Source of the DNA: Guillardia theta CCMP2712 | Lineage: Eukaryota > Protista > Cryptophyta | Direction of reading: 5' to 3' | Length of the DNA stretch: 59,985 nucleotides | Assembly (NCBI RefSeq): GCF_000315625.1 | Contig: NW_005434662.1 | Coordinates: 979,855-1,039,839 of the forward strand | Shown here: piece by piece, positions 39,651-51,214 of the stretch | How the letters are laid out: each line of letters starts with the position of its first letter | How positions within the stretch are numbered: position 1 is the first letter of the stretch | The notes under the pieces: model-generated | The model's input: the letters and a program-made list of their open reading frames with translations, nothing else | What the model was told of the DNA's origin: nothing | Databases searched by the model: none | Position numbers and translations under genes: made by a program

Positions 39651-41919
39651 GTCCCTCAGAGTAGAAGGTTGCGACAACTATGTTGTCCGAAGCGAAGCTG
39701 GCCAGGAGACCGTTTGTTGTTCCTTCTGAGATTGGTCAGCAAGGCAAAGCAGTTGCTGTCGGCTTATGTAGCTGCTGTCAGGAGACTCCAATCATACAAA
39801 GTTGGCTGTAGCACAAACTGACGGGGATTCGCTGCAGCTTTCACTGGTGTCGCCGAAATGGTGGCGCAATCGTCGTATGAGAAGGGTACAGATGAGGAAG
39901 AGGAGGCCAAGTGGTCAAAGAAGATGAGATGAGAGAGGATGAGCGGATCTCTGACGAGGAATGACAGAGGACGAGGGCGAACTATAAGAGGAGAGCGAGG
40001 GGGGATGGGAGGACGAACACGGGGGCGTAGCAACTACTTTCTACGTCGAAACAGGAGGAGGTCGGAAGTTTCGCCCCCTTCTTTTCACAGAGCACCTTAG
40101 GGTGGGGTGGTCATTTTCTGTGATGGGTCCGGGTACCACCCCTAGTGGATTGACACTAAGGTTTACCCTCCCAAATTCCCGTATATCACTGAGAAAATGC
40201 TGGGTATCGCAAGGGAAAATCTTTCTGAAGTGGGTAGGGGTCTCTTGAGTTAGGGTGCCGAAGAATTCGAAGGGGTCCTGGTCCAATTCGGGGATTGTGG
40301 GGGTGTTTTAATGATTCCACTAGGGGTAGTAACAGTCCAGCAAGAGGGGTGGGTGCTCTGTTCTTGGTTTCATCTCCTATCCACCCACCCACCCCTACCC
40401 CACATCAACAATTTTGAACCGAACCTTCAAAACTAAATGGAATTCCTTTACTACCCCATCTCTATACCAAAACTACCCCACCTATTGACTGATTCCGAGG
40501 CACCATGGTTGACAGATTGAAGTAGAGGGGTGTATACGAGATACACCGTCACCTTCGTGGCAGTCGTTGTGCGGGCAGGGAGTCGCTATCATGGCCTTTC
40601 AACATACAACATCTCATAAGTGAAGCAATAAGAAATATTACCCTACCTCGAGCCTCTCCGATTCGACTGACACCTGGGTCGTGCCTTGTGCAGACCCAGG
40701 CGTACTCCCAGCCATAAACCCACCCCACCCACCCAATTGACTCTAGGATCAACTTCTCCCCACCCACCCCGTAGGTGCCACATCAGCCTTCTGTCAACCT
40801 GAGTACCCACCGGTCCTACTCCGATACACCTCTACCGTGCCAGCCCCCGTTCGTGCCACGGCATAAAGATCATCTGGTATAAAACTACTTTTAGATTCTT
40901 CCAGAGTTCAGGTACAAATATAAAACTTAATGTGGAGGGATTACAGGGCATATCAGTACCACTCCACGTATCTGACCAGTATGTTGTACAGATTGTAGAC
41001 TAAAAAAAAGAAACTTCTGGTAGTAATTCTTCTCAAAATATTTGTATCCATTTGTACTGTTTCATCTGGCACTGCTGGCAGCCCCCAAATGCCACCCCCA
41101 CCCCCACCCCACCCCGTGTATCAAGCGTACCTCATCACCCTTCCCCAGGCTCCGAAATTCCACCATCCGGTCGTAATTTTTGCTGAAGATCACGTGCATT
41201 GGTTGTAAACTCAAATCTCGTCGCTTCCACTTGAGATACGCCCGCAAGCTGTAGTAATTCCCTGACGAACACGAATAAATATATATGCATACTGAAGAAA
41301 TAATGTTTCGGTTTTTATATAGTATTAATGGATCTGACAGTCAGTAGAACCCCAGCGTTTCACTGAAAAACAACAGACGACCTCCGTATTCTTCAATATG
41401 TTTTTTTTAAAAAACTTACACCTGGCCCCCGAAAAGGCATCGTCTCGTGACCCCTTCGCACTCAGGCTCCCCTCAGTCACCTTGGCTTGATGGGCCCGCC
41501 TCACGAATATCCGTCAGTCACTCGGAATGCCGGCCCCGGTCCCCAGCATCCCCGGCCGGTGACCAGAATGCCCAGCATGCTGGTCACAACAAAGATGTAG
41601 TCTCCTCCTCCTCCTCCTCCTCTCTCCTCTCTCCTCCACCTCCACCTCCTCCACCTCCTCCTCTCTCCTACTCCTACTCCTACTCTTCTCAATACTCTCA
41701 CTCATCATCTTCTCCCTCCTTCTCCTCCTCCACTCACTCCTCTAAAAATCCCAGCCAACGATCTAGCGCCCTCCACGTCCTTTGTTTCTGCTTCTCCTGG
41801 CCCAGCTCCTATCTCTTCCCCGTCCCCCCTCCCATCCTTGCGCTACTCCCTATCCTGCCTCCCATTTCTTGCTGTCGGGGTTCTGGATCCCTCCCCCCTC
41901 GTCTCCAAGTCTGCGGGCC

Positions 41920-43146
41920 ATGGATGTCAGAAAGCTCAACCCCTACGTGCTGCCGTCTGGCGACGTGCGCAGAGGTGAGAACAATCCTTACCCTCCATCC
42001 GACTCGCTCGCGTTGTCTAGCTCTGTGACCATGGTTCCCGTCCTCGGCCCTTCCTTGTGCTGTTTCTTCCCCTCCACTAGCCGCTGATGCCTGTCCAGTG
42101 TACCAGACCAGACTGAACCGGGGAACACGCCTCCCGTCCTCCTGCGCAACCCTGAGACGCCTTTCTTTGACCCCTTCAATCACTACTTCGCAAACTCCAA
42201 TGCGGTGGAGGATAGCTTCGCCGACCCCTCGCTCCCAGGAGGCTGGACCGCCCTGCATGCGGCGGCACAGGCCAAGGAAGCGGGACCGCACGAGGAGAGG
42301 AGGAGGGTGGAAGGCGACCTGGAGGAGATGAGATTCCTGCTGCAGGGTCTCGGACACCATGTTCCTCCCCAACTATCGCACCCCCATGCCGTCTCCCCCA
42401 AGATTGATGTCAACACTGCCACCTCCTCCAGCCGCCTGACGCCGCTCCATGTGGCTGTGATGGCGGGGCATGCGGAAGCCGTCTCCCTCCTCCTCAACAG
42501 CAGCGCCAACATCTTCTTGCAAGACATGCTGGGAAGGACGGCGCTTCACTATGCAAGCGAGCGGGGGTATGAAGGGTGCGCCATGGCGTTGCTCTCAGCG
42601 GAGCAAGGAGCAAGGAAAGGGCGCCTGTGGGTGCGGGTGGAGGATGGGGTAGCAGATGCCAAGAGGATGGCGCCAAACATGACGTTGCTGGTGAGCATCA
42701 GCCACACGCTAGCAGGAGAGAGGCTGCGAACCTTGCAGTATCCTCTGCATACCCGAGGAACAAGTTTTGTCTGGGAGGTGGAGGCGACGTTGGACGACTG
42801 CTGGGAGGAGGGGGAAGTAGTTGTGGAGGTGAGCAGCAAGGATGTGCAAGGGAAGGCCTCTGCTCACTCCTCCTGGTCCTCCCCGTTGATCGAGCTGCGT
42901 CCAGAGCAGGAGGTGAGAGCGGAGCTGCAAGGGGAGGAGGACAAGGGCGCGCGGGTCGTCTCGTCGCTGCTGATGCGGGTGACGTTTGAGAGGTTCGTCA
43001 ACCTGCAAGACAACGAGGGCAACACAGCGCTCATGCTGGCTGCCGCGAACGGCAGGCAGGAGATCGTGCGTCTCCTGCTCTCCCTTGGGTAGCCTCCCTC
43101 CTCCGTTCCCGCCTCCTAACCCAACGTCCCCTCCCTCTGCTCTCTC

Positions 43147-43192
<46 letters not shown>

Positions 43193-43379
43193 TGACTCTT
43201 CCCCTTACTCCCCCTTCGCACGCCCAGCATCATCCCCTCTCCCAGCTCTCCTCCTCCCATTCTCACTTGAGCATCTCCAGGGCTGATCCCAACAAGAAGG
43301 ACGTGTTCCAAATGAGCGCAGGTTTTCTACCTGTCTCTTCCCCCTCTCCTCTTGATCCCGCTTGCGCTCCTGCCTTCTT

Positions 43380-43443
<64 letters not shown>

Positions 43444-44362
43444 CCTCCAGTCTCCCGCTCACCTGAACTTGCAGTGGCTCTAGCGGCTCTTGCCGGCCAT
43501 GCTCAAGTGTGCAAGACGATCGAAGAAGTAGGAGGGGAGTGGTGAAAACAAACTCCTGCAGCGCGACCTCTTCCTCGTCTCGCCCCCTCCCCCCCCCCTC
43601 TTCCTCCCCTTGCTCCTCCGTCCTGTTGTCTGCTGTGTACCCTGCTCTTCCCTCCCTCTGCTCTCATCTTCTCCTCGCCCTCTCTCGACTTCTTCCAGTC
43701 GTCCCTTTGCACTTTTCATTTCCGCTATTTCTCTTGTTGTTGCCGAAACCCATGTACTATACAAAGAAGATGCGCTTTCTAGCATATTGCGATAAATCCT
43801 CGAAAACGAGCCCTGCCTCCTGCCTCCTGCCTCCTGCCTCCTGCCTCCTGCCTCCTGCCTCCTGCCTCCTCCTCTCGTCCCCCCTCATCGTCATCATCTT
43901 TCGTCACCCATGTTTCCCTCTCCTTCTCCTGCGTCTCTCCTTCAGCCTTTCTGCCACCTCCCGCCTTCCCCATGAATCCATCCCCTCTGACGCAAGTGTC
44001 CTCCTTCCATCAACTTTCACTCTCCTCGAGCAGTGGAGCTTGCGTGACTGCCAGCAGCGTCAGCAGCAAGCAGGAGAGGAAGGAGAACCTTTCCTCCTGC
44101 ATCAGGTCGGCGGCAGGCAGAGGGAGAGAGGAAGACGTAGGCGAACGTAGCAGCGACAATGCAGACGATGAGGATGAGGAGGAGGTTAATGAAGCCGAAT
44201 ATCCCAGCATGAGATGCATCTCTGCCGACGAGCTCAGGTTTCTCCCATCGCTCCCTGTCCTCCCTCCTCTCCTCTCCCTCCTCCCTCAACTTCCTCCTCC
44301 CTTCCCTCTCCTTGTCTCCTCACCTTGTGTGTAGGATGTCGTCAAAGACAGACGCGAGGTAG
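41920..44362 (+). CDS. Ankyrin-repeat protein with an inserted C2-like beta domain
   Basis: Ankyrin motifs GWTALHAAA, LTPLHVAVMAGH, GRTALHYASERG, GNTALMLAAANG and GADPNKKD, plus a beta-rich insert (RLWVRVEDG...FVWE...VEV). The first exon phase and last exons are uncertain. Confidence 0.75.
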
Positions 44363-44900
44363 AGTGGCTCCGAGTCGTTCACGGGAACTTGACCCTGCTG
44401 TCTGCGTAAGGGCAGGGAGAAGAGGACGAAGAAGAGAGCGAAGAAAGAGCGGCGGCAGCAACAGGATTGAGGAATGCAAGTAGCAGGGAGGACTGCAAGC
44501 TGGAAAACGAAGCAAGGAGGAGGACGAGGAGGACGAGGACGAGGAGGACGAGGAGGACGAGGAGGACGAGGAGGACGAGGAGGAAGAGGAGGACGAGGAG
44601 GACGAGGAGGACGAGGAGGACGAGGAGGACGAGGAGGACGAGGAGGACGAGGAGGAAGAGGAGGAAGAGGAGGACGAGCTGACGCAACCTCGAACTTGAT
44701 GCTCCAGAACATGAGGCCTCGAGGAGCAAGCGCCTTGGCCTCCATTGCTGCATACGCCCTGTGGATCTATCATGAGTCTTGCAGAACGAAGAGGCAGGAA
44801 CAGGAGCAGAGACATGGGTTGGAGGAGAAGGAGGACGAGGACGAGGACGAGGACGAGAAGGACGAGGACGAGGACGAGAAGGACGAGGACGAGGACGAGA

Positions 44901-44932
<32 letters not shown>

Positions 44933-47442
44933 AAGAACGAGGACGAGGACGAGGACGAGCAAAGGAGGAGGAGGAGGAGGAGGAGGAGGAGGAGGAGCAA
45001 CGGAGAAAAGTCGATTGCCAACTTTTTGATCTGCCCTGCGGTAAGGAACAGAGTCCTGATCGGTCGACCGACTCCAGCCCCTGACAGGAAGGGGTCATGC
45101 ATCCTCAGGCGACGATTGCTCTCACATGCGTTTGCGAGTCCCAGGACCACCTGGACACACGTTAACGAGGACAAGAAGGAAGGGGACGAAGAGGATGAGT
45201 TGCGAGGAGTGTGGGAGGAGATATACAGGGAGCGAGAGGGAAGTTGAGGGAGTAGAAGCAAGAGGAGGAGGAGGAGAGGGGAGGGGAAGGGAAGGAGAAG
45301 GGAGGAGGTGCCGTGCCTGGCTCTTGTTGAGACAAATCTTTCGCTTCCCCATCCACGACAACTGACAGGAGGTGAGGAGTGAAGTGAAGATGATAAAGTA
45401 CCTGACGGTCAGAGGAAAAGTCCACAGTCCATCCATCGACGAACGCATTCATGAGCTGAGGGGGAGGAGGATATTCAGCAAGGAGAGAAAAGGTAGGAAG
45501 GGGCGAGAGGAGGAGGATGAAGAGCGGAAAGCCATGCAAGGGAGTGATAGGAGAAGGAAGGGGAAGGAAGGAGCGAGTGAGTGAGTGAAGGAGTGAGTGA
45601 GTGAGTGAAGGAGGGAGGGAGGGAGGGAGGGAGGGAGGGAGGGAGGGAGGGAGGGAGTTTTACCTCAGTGAAATATTTTGCCGGGTCCGATTTCTTCTGG
45701 TAGATGGCGAAGTTGGCATGACTGTAGGACTCGTAGAGCTGAATGGATATCCAATCGAAGGTCAGTATCTTCTTCTTTGCCATCGCCTGCTCCCTCCGCT
45801 CCAGCTCCCCCTCCTTCCTCCTCCCCGTGACCTCTGACTCCCCGTACACCTCGAGCACGTACGCAAGGGTCTGAGCAGGAGCGTCAAGGTCCCTCGGGTG
45901 AGGGGAAGGTAGTGGCTCACGTTTCTTCCATGGAAGCGAAACCCCGGCTCCAGCCCTTCCCACTCGTTGTACGACTGCAGCAGCGAGCGATTGTAGGCGC
46001 TGGTGGAGGGATCGAGGTAGGACTCCATGGCGGATAGAGAGGCCAGGTATCCATCCTTTTTGGCAAGCTACAGCACGATGGCTGTCAGTCAACTCCTATG
46101 ATACACGGCCTCTTTCTCTTCCCTCTCCCCTCTCCCCTCTCCCCTCTCCCCTCTCCTTCCGCATTCCTACATTCTCCATGTTCCCCTCTCCTCCCTCTCC
46201 TGCTCTTTTCCTCTCTTCCCCTCATCTTCATCCTTTCTTTTGCCCCTCCTCCCCTCGGACCTTCTTTTCCCCTCCTGCGCTCTTTCTTGCCCCCTATCCT
46301 CCCCTCCTCCTCCCCTCCTCCCCTCCCCTCCTCCTCTCGCTCTACCTGTGAAACCTTTCCCATGAGGTCCATCACCTCCACAGTCATCACGTTTGACGGA
46401 CTTTCCTCTGTGTCCGACCCCTCCACATCCCAGTCGATCCCGTCGTAGCCGGCGAAGCCGATCTGCGGCCTAGCCACCTCCTCCTCGTTCCACTTCTTCC
46501 ACACAGCCCATACCTGCTCTACTGTGTCACTGAGAAGATGAAGAAAACGAGGAGGAGGAGGAGGAGGAGGAGGAGGAGGAGGAAGAGGGGGAGGAGGAGG
46601 CAGCTTTCCTTCTCTGCAGAGTTGGAGGTGTCGGGATGGGGCTGATCCCAGCCTCCGACACTGATCATGTGCAAAGTCTTCATCTTCTTCGCTTCGAGCT
46701 CGCTCGCGATCATGGCTGAAACGAGGACAAGTGTTAGTGCGATCGCAACGCCGCAAGGTTCAGCTCCAGTATCTCTGATCTGAAAGAGGTGGGATGATGG
46801 TGAGTTGCGAAGGTGAGTATCGCCATCAAACAGCTCATGAGAACAAAACGCACATACATGATGATTGCAAACAAGAGGGGAAAGAATTTCTACACGATTG
46901 TCGACCTATCGGGTCAAACATTGTGTCTGCTTAGCAATGTGGGCTTCAACTTACCAACACAATTCGGGTCTGGACCTCCCAAGCTGAGGAGAGGTACGTC
47001 ATCTCATCGCATCTTGACTCGAATATCTTACATCATCGGTTCGCCGGAGGTAAAGTTCCGACGGATGTTGATAGAAAACCACATGATCACGTTGCAGCCC
47101 TTTCGTGACAAGTGAGAATGAGCAAGGAGAACTTCACAAGCCCGGTCCGTCACTGACCTGCTTAGCTGCTGTCAAGACTTTAGAGTCGCACTCCTGCCAG
47201 TCTGCATAGCATGCAGAGATGTGTGCCGGCAGCTTCCTTCCGCTCCTCCATCGCGTTCGTCGCACGGTGTAGCTCTTTGTATCGCTGCCAGCCCTGCCTG
47301 CCTCCTGTCTTCCTCTCATCTCCCCCTGCTGCAACTTCGCTCCTCCTCTCTGCCATTCTCCCCTTCCTTCCTCTCCTCTTGCCGCCTGGACTGCCACGAG
47401 CGCGGCGGCCAACGCCATGAGAAACAAGCGTTTCGTCGCCAT
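44320..47442 (-). CDS. Secreted glycoside hydrolase family 18 (chitinase-like), about 12 exons
   Basis: Signal peptide MATKRLFLMALAAALVAVQA, ISVGGW, catalytic YDGIDWDVEG (DxxDxDxE), FDWISIQLYE, VVLGLANAW and RGLMFWSI. Confidence 0.85.
44515..44997. repeat. (GGACGAGGA)n and (GAGGAC)n arrays within two GH18 introns
   Basis: Seen directly; they flank the small GH18 exon AYAAMEAKALAPRGLMFWSIKFE. Confidence 0.85.
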
Positions 47443-48247
47443 TGCGAACAAACTCAATTGTTACTTTATTAATTGAGTAAACTTTAGAGTTACAAAAATC
47501 TCTCAGGAAAGCTACCAGGAACTGTACCAGGAAACCTACAGCAAAGACATGTATGTGAGGGGATGAGGGCGAGAGATGTCATATAGGGGATGAGGGCCAT
47601 GTTAACCTTCGAAAACTGGCGGGTGAAGGCTTGTTGAACATGGTGGGAGGAGAGGGAAGAGAGGAGAGAGGAGAGAGGAGAGAGGAGAGAGGAGAGAGGA
47701 GAGAGGAGAGAAGAGAGAGGAGAGAGGAGAGGGCAGAGAGGATAGAGTATAGAGGAGAGAGGAGAGAAGAGAGGGGAGAGAGGAGAGGGGAGAGATGATA
47801 TGAGAAGAAGTAGGAGCAGGAGGACGAGGACTGCAGGAAGATAACGTGAGGAAGAGCATCGTGAGAGTAAGAGAATTATGTTCTGGGGTTCGGATGGCAA
47901 AAAGTCGAGGGGTTTCAAGTGCGATGTTGATGAGCAGGCAGGATCAGGGACAGGAGGTGCGCAACTCGGTATTATGGTGAAGGAGCCTTCCATTTTAGTC
48001 ACCGCCCTGCTGATGCTCCAGGGCGAGAAGAGAATGTATAGGCTTCTATGAATCAGAATAGATACATCCCCAAGTTCAGTGGAAGTAGCATCAACTCCTA
48101 TCCTTCAAAATGAGTTGTAGATGCTGTTGACAACCGCGGTTTCGAGGTGTAAAGGATGGAAATTGACGAGATTGGCAGGATGGGAGTACAAATTCGATGA
48201 TGTCGGGCGGGCGGGTCTGCAGTTGAAACGATCCCCCACCCGTTATC

Positions 48248-49694
48248 ATGAGTGTCCGACCGCGTGCGGAGACGGCCGTGCGGAGACTTCGATGGAAAAG
48301 CGACTTTGAGAAGAAGTGTCTTGTTTCTAACTTCGAGAGGAGGGGATGGAGAAAGGTAATGGACGACGAGGATGAGTACTGGAATTTGTACTGGGCCAGC
48401 AAAGGAACGCACCTCTCTCCTCTGATGATGAGGTTGGGGGAAGACCAGATGGTGAATCATTATCCCAACCATTATGAGCTCACACGAAAGGATCTGGTTG
48501 TCAAGAACATCAAGAAGTACAGGAAAGAGATGGAGAGGGCGGGGAGGGGGCATGAGGTCGATGACATAGTTCCTGTTACCTTTGTGCTTCCCAACGACTA
48601 TCCTCTGTTTGTTGAAGAGTTCCGGAGGGTGGAGGCCGAACAGGGAAAGTCCACGTGGATCATGAAGCCATGCGCCAAGTGTCAGGGCGTAGGGATCTTC
48701 CTCATCAGCAAGCTGTCTCAGATCAAGAAGTGGGCAGTGAAGAACGGAGAGGCTACCGGGAGAGATCAGTACGTCGTGTCCAGATACATCGACCATCCAC
48801 TGCTGGTCGGTGGAAGGAAGTTTGACCTTCGAATCTACGTGCTCGTCACGAATTACAATCCTTTGCGAGCATACCTGCACTCGCAAGGTTTTGCGAGGTT
48901 CTGTACAGCGAAATATTCGTCATCCCCAACGGACTTAGACAATATCTTGATGCATCTCACGAATGTGGCGGTTCAGAAGCAGGCAGAGGAATACAATGAA
49001 GATCATGGAGGAAAGTGGCATATCAAGAACTTAAGACTGTGGCTGCAGGTCAATCAATCGTGCTGTCAGAGCATGGCAAGATCGGGTTCTCCTCTAGGTA
49101 CTGACAGTGCAACAGGCGATTTATGGACAGGAGCGAACGGAATCTTGTTTCCATCAGATCCGCTCGTTGATATATCACAGCCTCAAGGCTACCCAGAGCA
49201 TCATCATCAATGATAAGCACTGCTTCGAGGTCAGTCAGCCTGCGCTCCTCCCTCTGCTGACTTCGGTTCTCTAGCTGTATGGTTATGACGTCCTCCTTGA
49301 CGCCAATCTCAAGCCATGGCTGATAGAGGTTTGATGGTCACATCGAGCCTCCCGAGGGTAATGGCTCATTAGGTGAATGCGTCTCCTTCACTCTCAGCGA
49401 CTACATCCAACGACTTGACGCTGAAGACTGGTACGGACACGTGTATGCTTATTCTCTCGCTCATCAGTTCTCTCAGGGGTTATCAATGATGTTCTTAACA
49501 TCGTCTTCCCTGATCAGTTTCCTGAAGTGAACAAGAACAATAACAGTACGACTTCTACTACTTCGAAACTCCCTTGGTGACCTGACTTACTGCTAGGAGG
49601 AGACGATTGTTGGCGACAAGGAGGTTTCTTCCCCCTTGTAGATGAGCTCACGGGTGCGCAAGGCTATCAGAGCTTAAGGATGAACTGGCCGTGA
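48248..49694 (+). CDS. TTLL1: Tubulin polyglutamylase TTLL1-like
   Basis: NFERRGW, VNHYPNHYELTRKDL, WIMKPC..QG.GIFL, PLLVGGRKFDLRIYVLV, HLTNVAVQK, HGGKW, HCFE|LYGYDV and PWLIE|VNASPS. Confidence 0.92.
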
Positions 49695-49952
49695 TTGGCT
49701 ACTTTCACTGTCTCGAGTCCTTCAAGACTTCTCTTGCCAGGAATGTCCAGTGGTATATCAAATCAGGGCCATGATGTTAGATAGAACATGTTGGGAACAC
49801 GAATCTCTCAATCCATCTCTCAATCCATCACAATGCACAAACCTATAATGGCATTTTTTTGCTAGTGTGCTCTGCCGCACTTCAGGACAGGTTGGGGTTT
49901 GACGTGATTCCTACTTGAAGCGTGGAGCAGTTTAAACGATATGGTTTTTCAT

Positions 49953-50568
49953 TCACTTGTTGCCGTTGTCAGCCTTCTGTTCATGCGTTTGAGGTTCTGG
50001 CTCTTTCTTCGCTTCCTTGTCTTTCGCTGCTCCTTCTTGCTCGTCATCGTCCTCTTCTTCGTCGTCTTCCTGCTCGTCATCTCCCGCAAGGAATTCTTTA
50101 TAGTGCTCAGGGTGCTCGGCGAAGCACATCTGCATCGCTTTAAAGCTTTCCAAGCAATCCGCCCCTCGTTCCTCCTCTTTGCTGTCAAGAAAGCATCGAT
50201 ACCTGGGTATCACGCAGTCAGCCAAACGCAATCATCCCGCCACATGTGGTGATAAGCAGACGGGACAGCAGGTACACGACAGAGAACATGCTAATGGAGC
50301 AGATGCACATCTTTCGAATTTAAAACATAAACATTCATGCACGGGGAGAGGAGAAGAGACTGAGGATATCCGCGGTAAACCCACAATGCAGAGGGGGGGG
50401 ATTTACGAGGACAGGAAAGGAAACTCACGCAACTACAAACTTGTCGCCGCAGGGCCCCTCCTTCATGTGCTGGATGCAAGGACAATCCAAGGGGTCTCCC
50501 TGGTACTTCTCCGCCTCCGCCATGCCCTCCTCTAAGCTCTTCGGCTCCCCCTCGCCCTGCGCCGCCAT
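49953..50568 (-). CDS. MIA40: Mitochondrial intermembrane-space oxidoreductase Mia40/CHCHD4 (intron 50203-50428)
   Basis: DCPC motif followed by twin CX9C (CGDKFVVAYRC, CLESFKAMQMC), HPEHY and an acidic tail; no N-terminal anchor. Confidence 0.93.
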
Positions 50569-51214
50569 GCTCGCGCCTAGCCTTGGGACAGGGTGTGAAT
50601 GACTTTCAAGGGGGTGGGTGTTTGCAAATGACGGGTGGGTGGTCATTTGGTGGTAGTAAAAGCTGTGGCTGTAGTCTAGTGAGGGTGGGTAGAGGTCAGC
50701 AACGAAAGGTGGTGGTAGGGGTACAAGTGGTCCTCGGGTAGGGTGGGTGGGATTGGGCGCAGTGCGGGGGACGAGGCCCACGAGGAGCCTGATGACGTAA
50801 AAGCTGGTGACGGGGTAGGGGTAGGGGGTAGGGAGTCAGAAGGAGGGGTAGTAATGATAGAAAAAGTGGGGTGGTGGGTATTGCTTTCTAGAAAGACCCC
50901 AATGAGTCCTATAGTCAAATATTCATGTCCATAGTCAAATAAAGTCTCAAACTTTGCCATCATCAGAAACTTTGTCACAAAGTTTGCGGCCTCGTTCTTG
51001 CCAAAACTTGAGGCCTCCCTGAGGTGCTGCGCTGCGATGCTGGAAATCCTGTGCCGCGCGGGGCATGGTCGGCCAGGGAAGAATGCATACGAGCGTAAGT
51101 TTGCATGCTGCCAGTAACAGAGATGATGTACGCTGCTGTTGCGTGATGCCTGATGGGACCTGACTAGGCTGAGACCTTAGTTGTGAAGTTTACAAATGAT
51201 AGCATGAGTAGTTT

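Noticed and set aside
44474-45247. RGG-box/acidic nucleolar-like protein on the + strand
   Set aside because: It is the antisense of microsatellite-filled GH18 introns; the GH18 exons account for the unique sequence.
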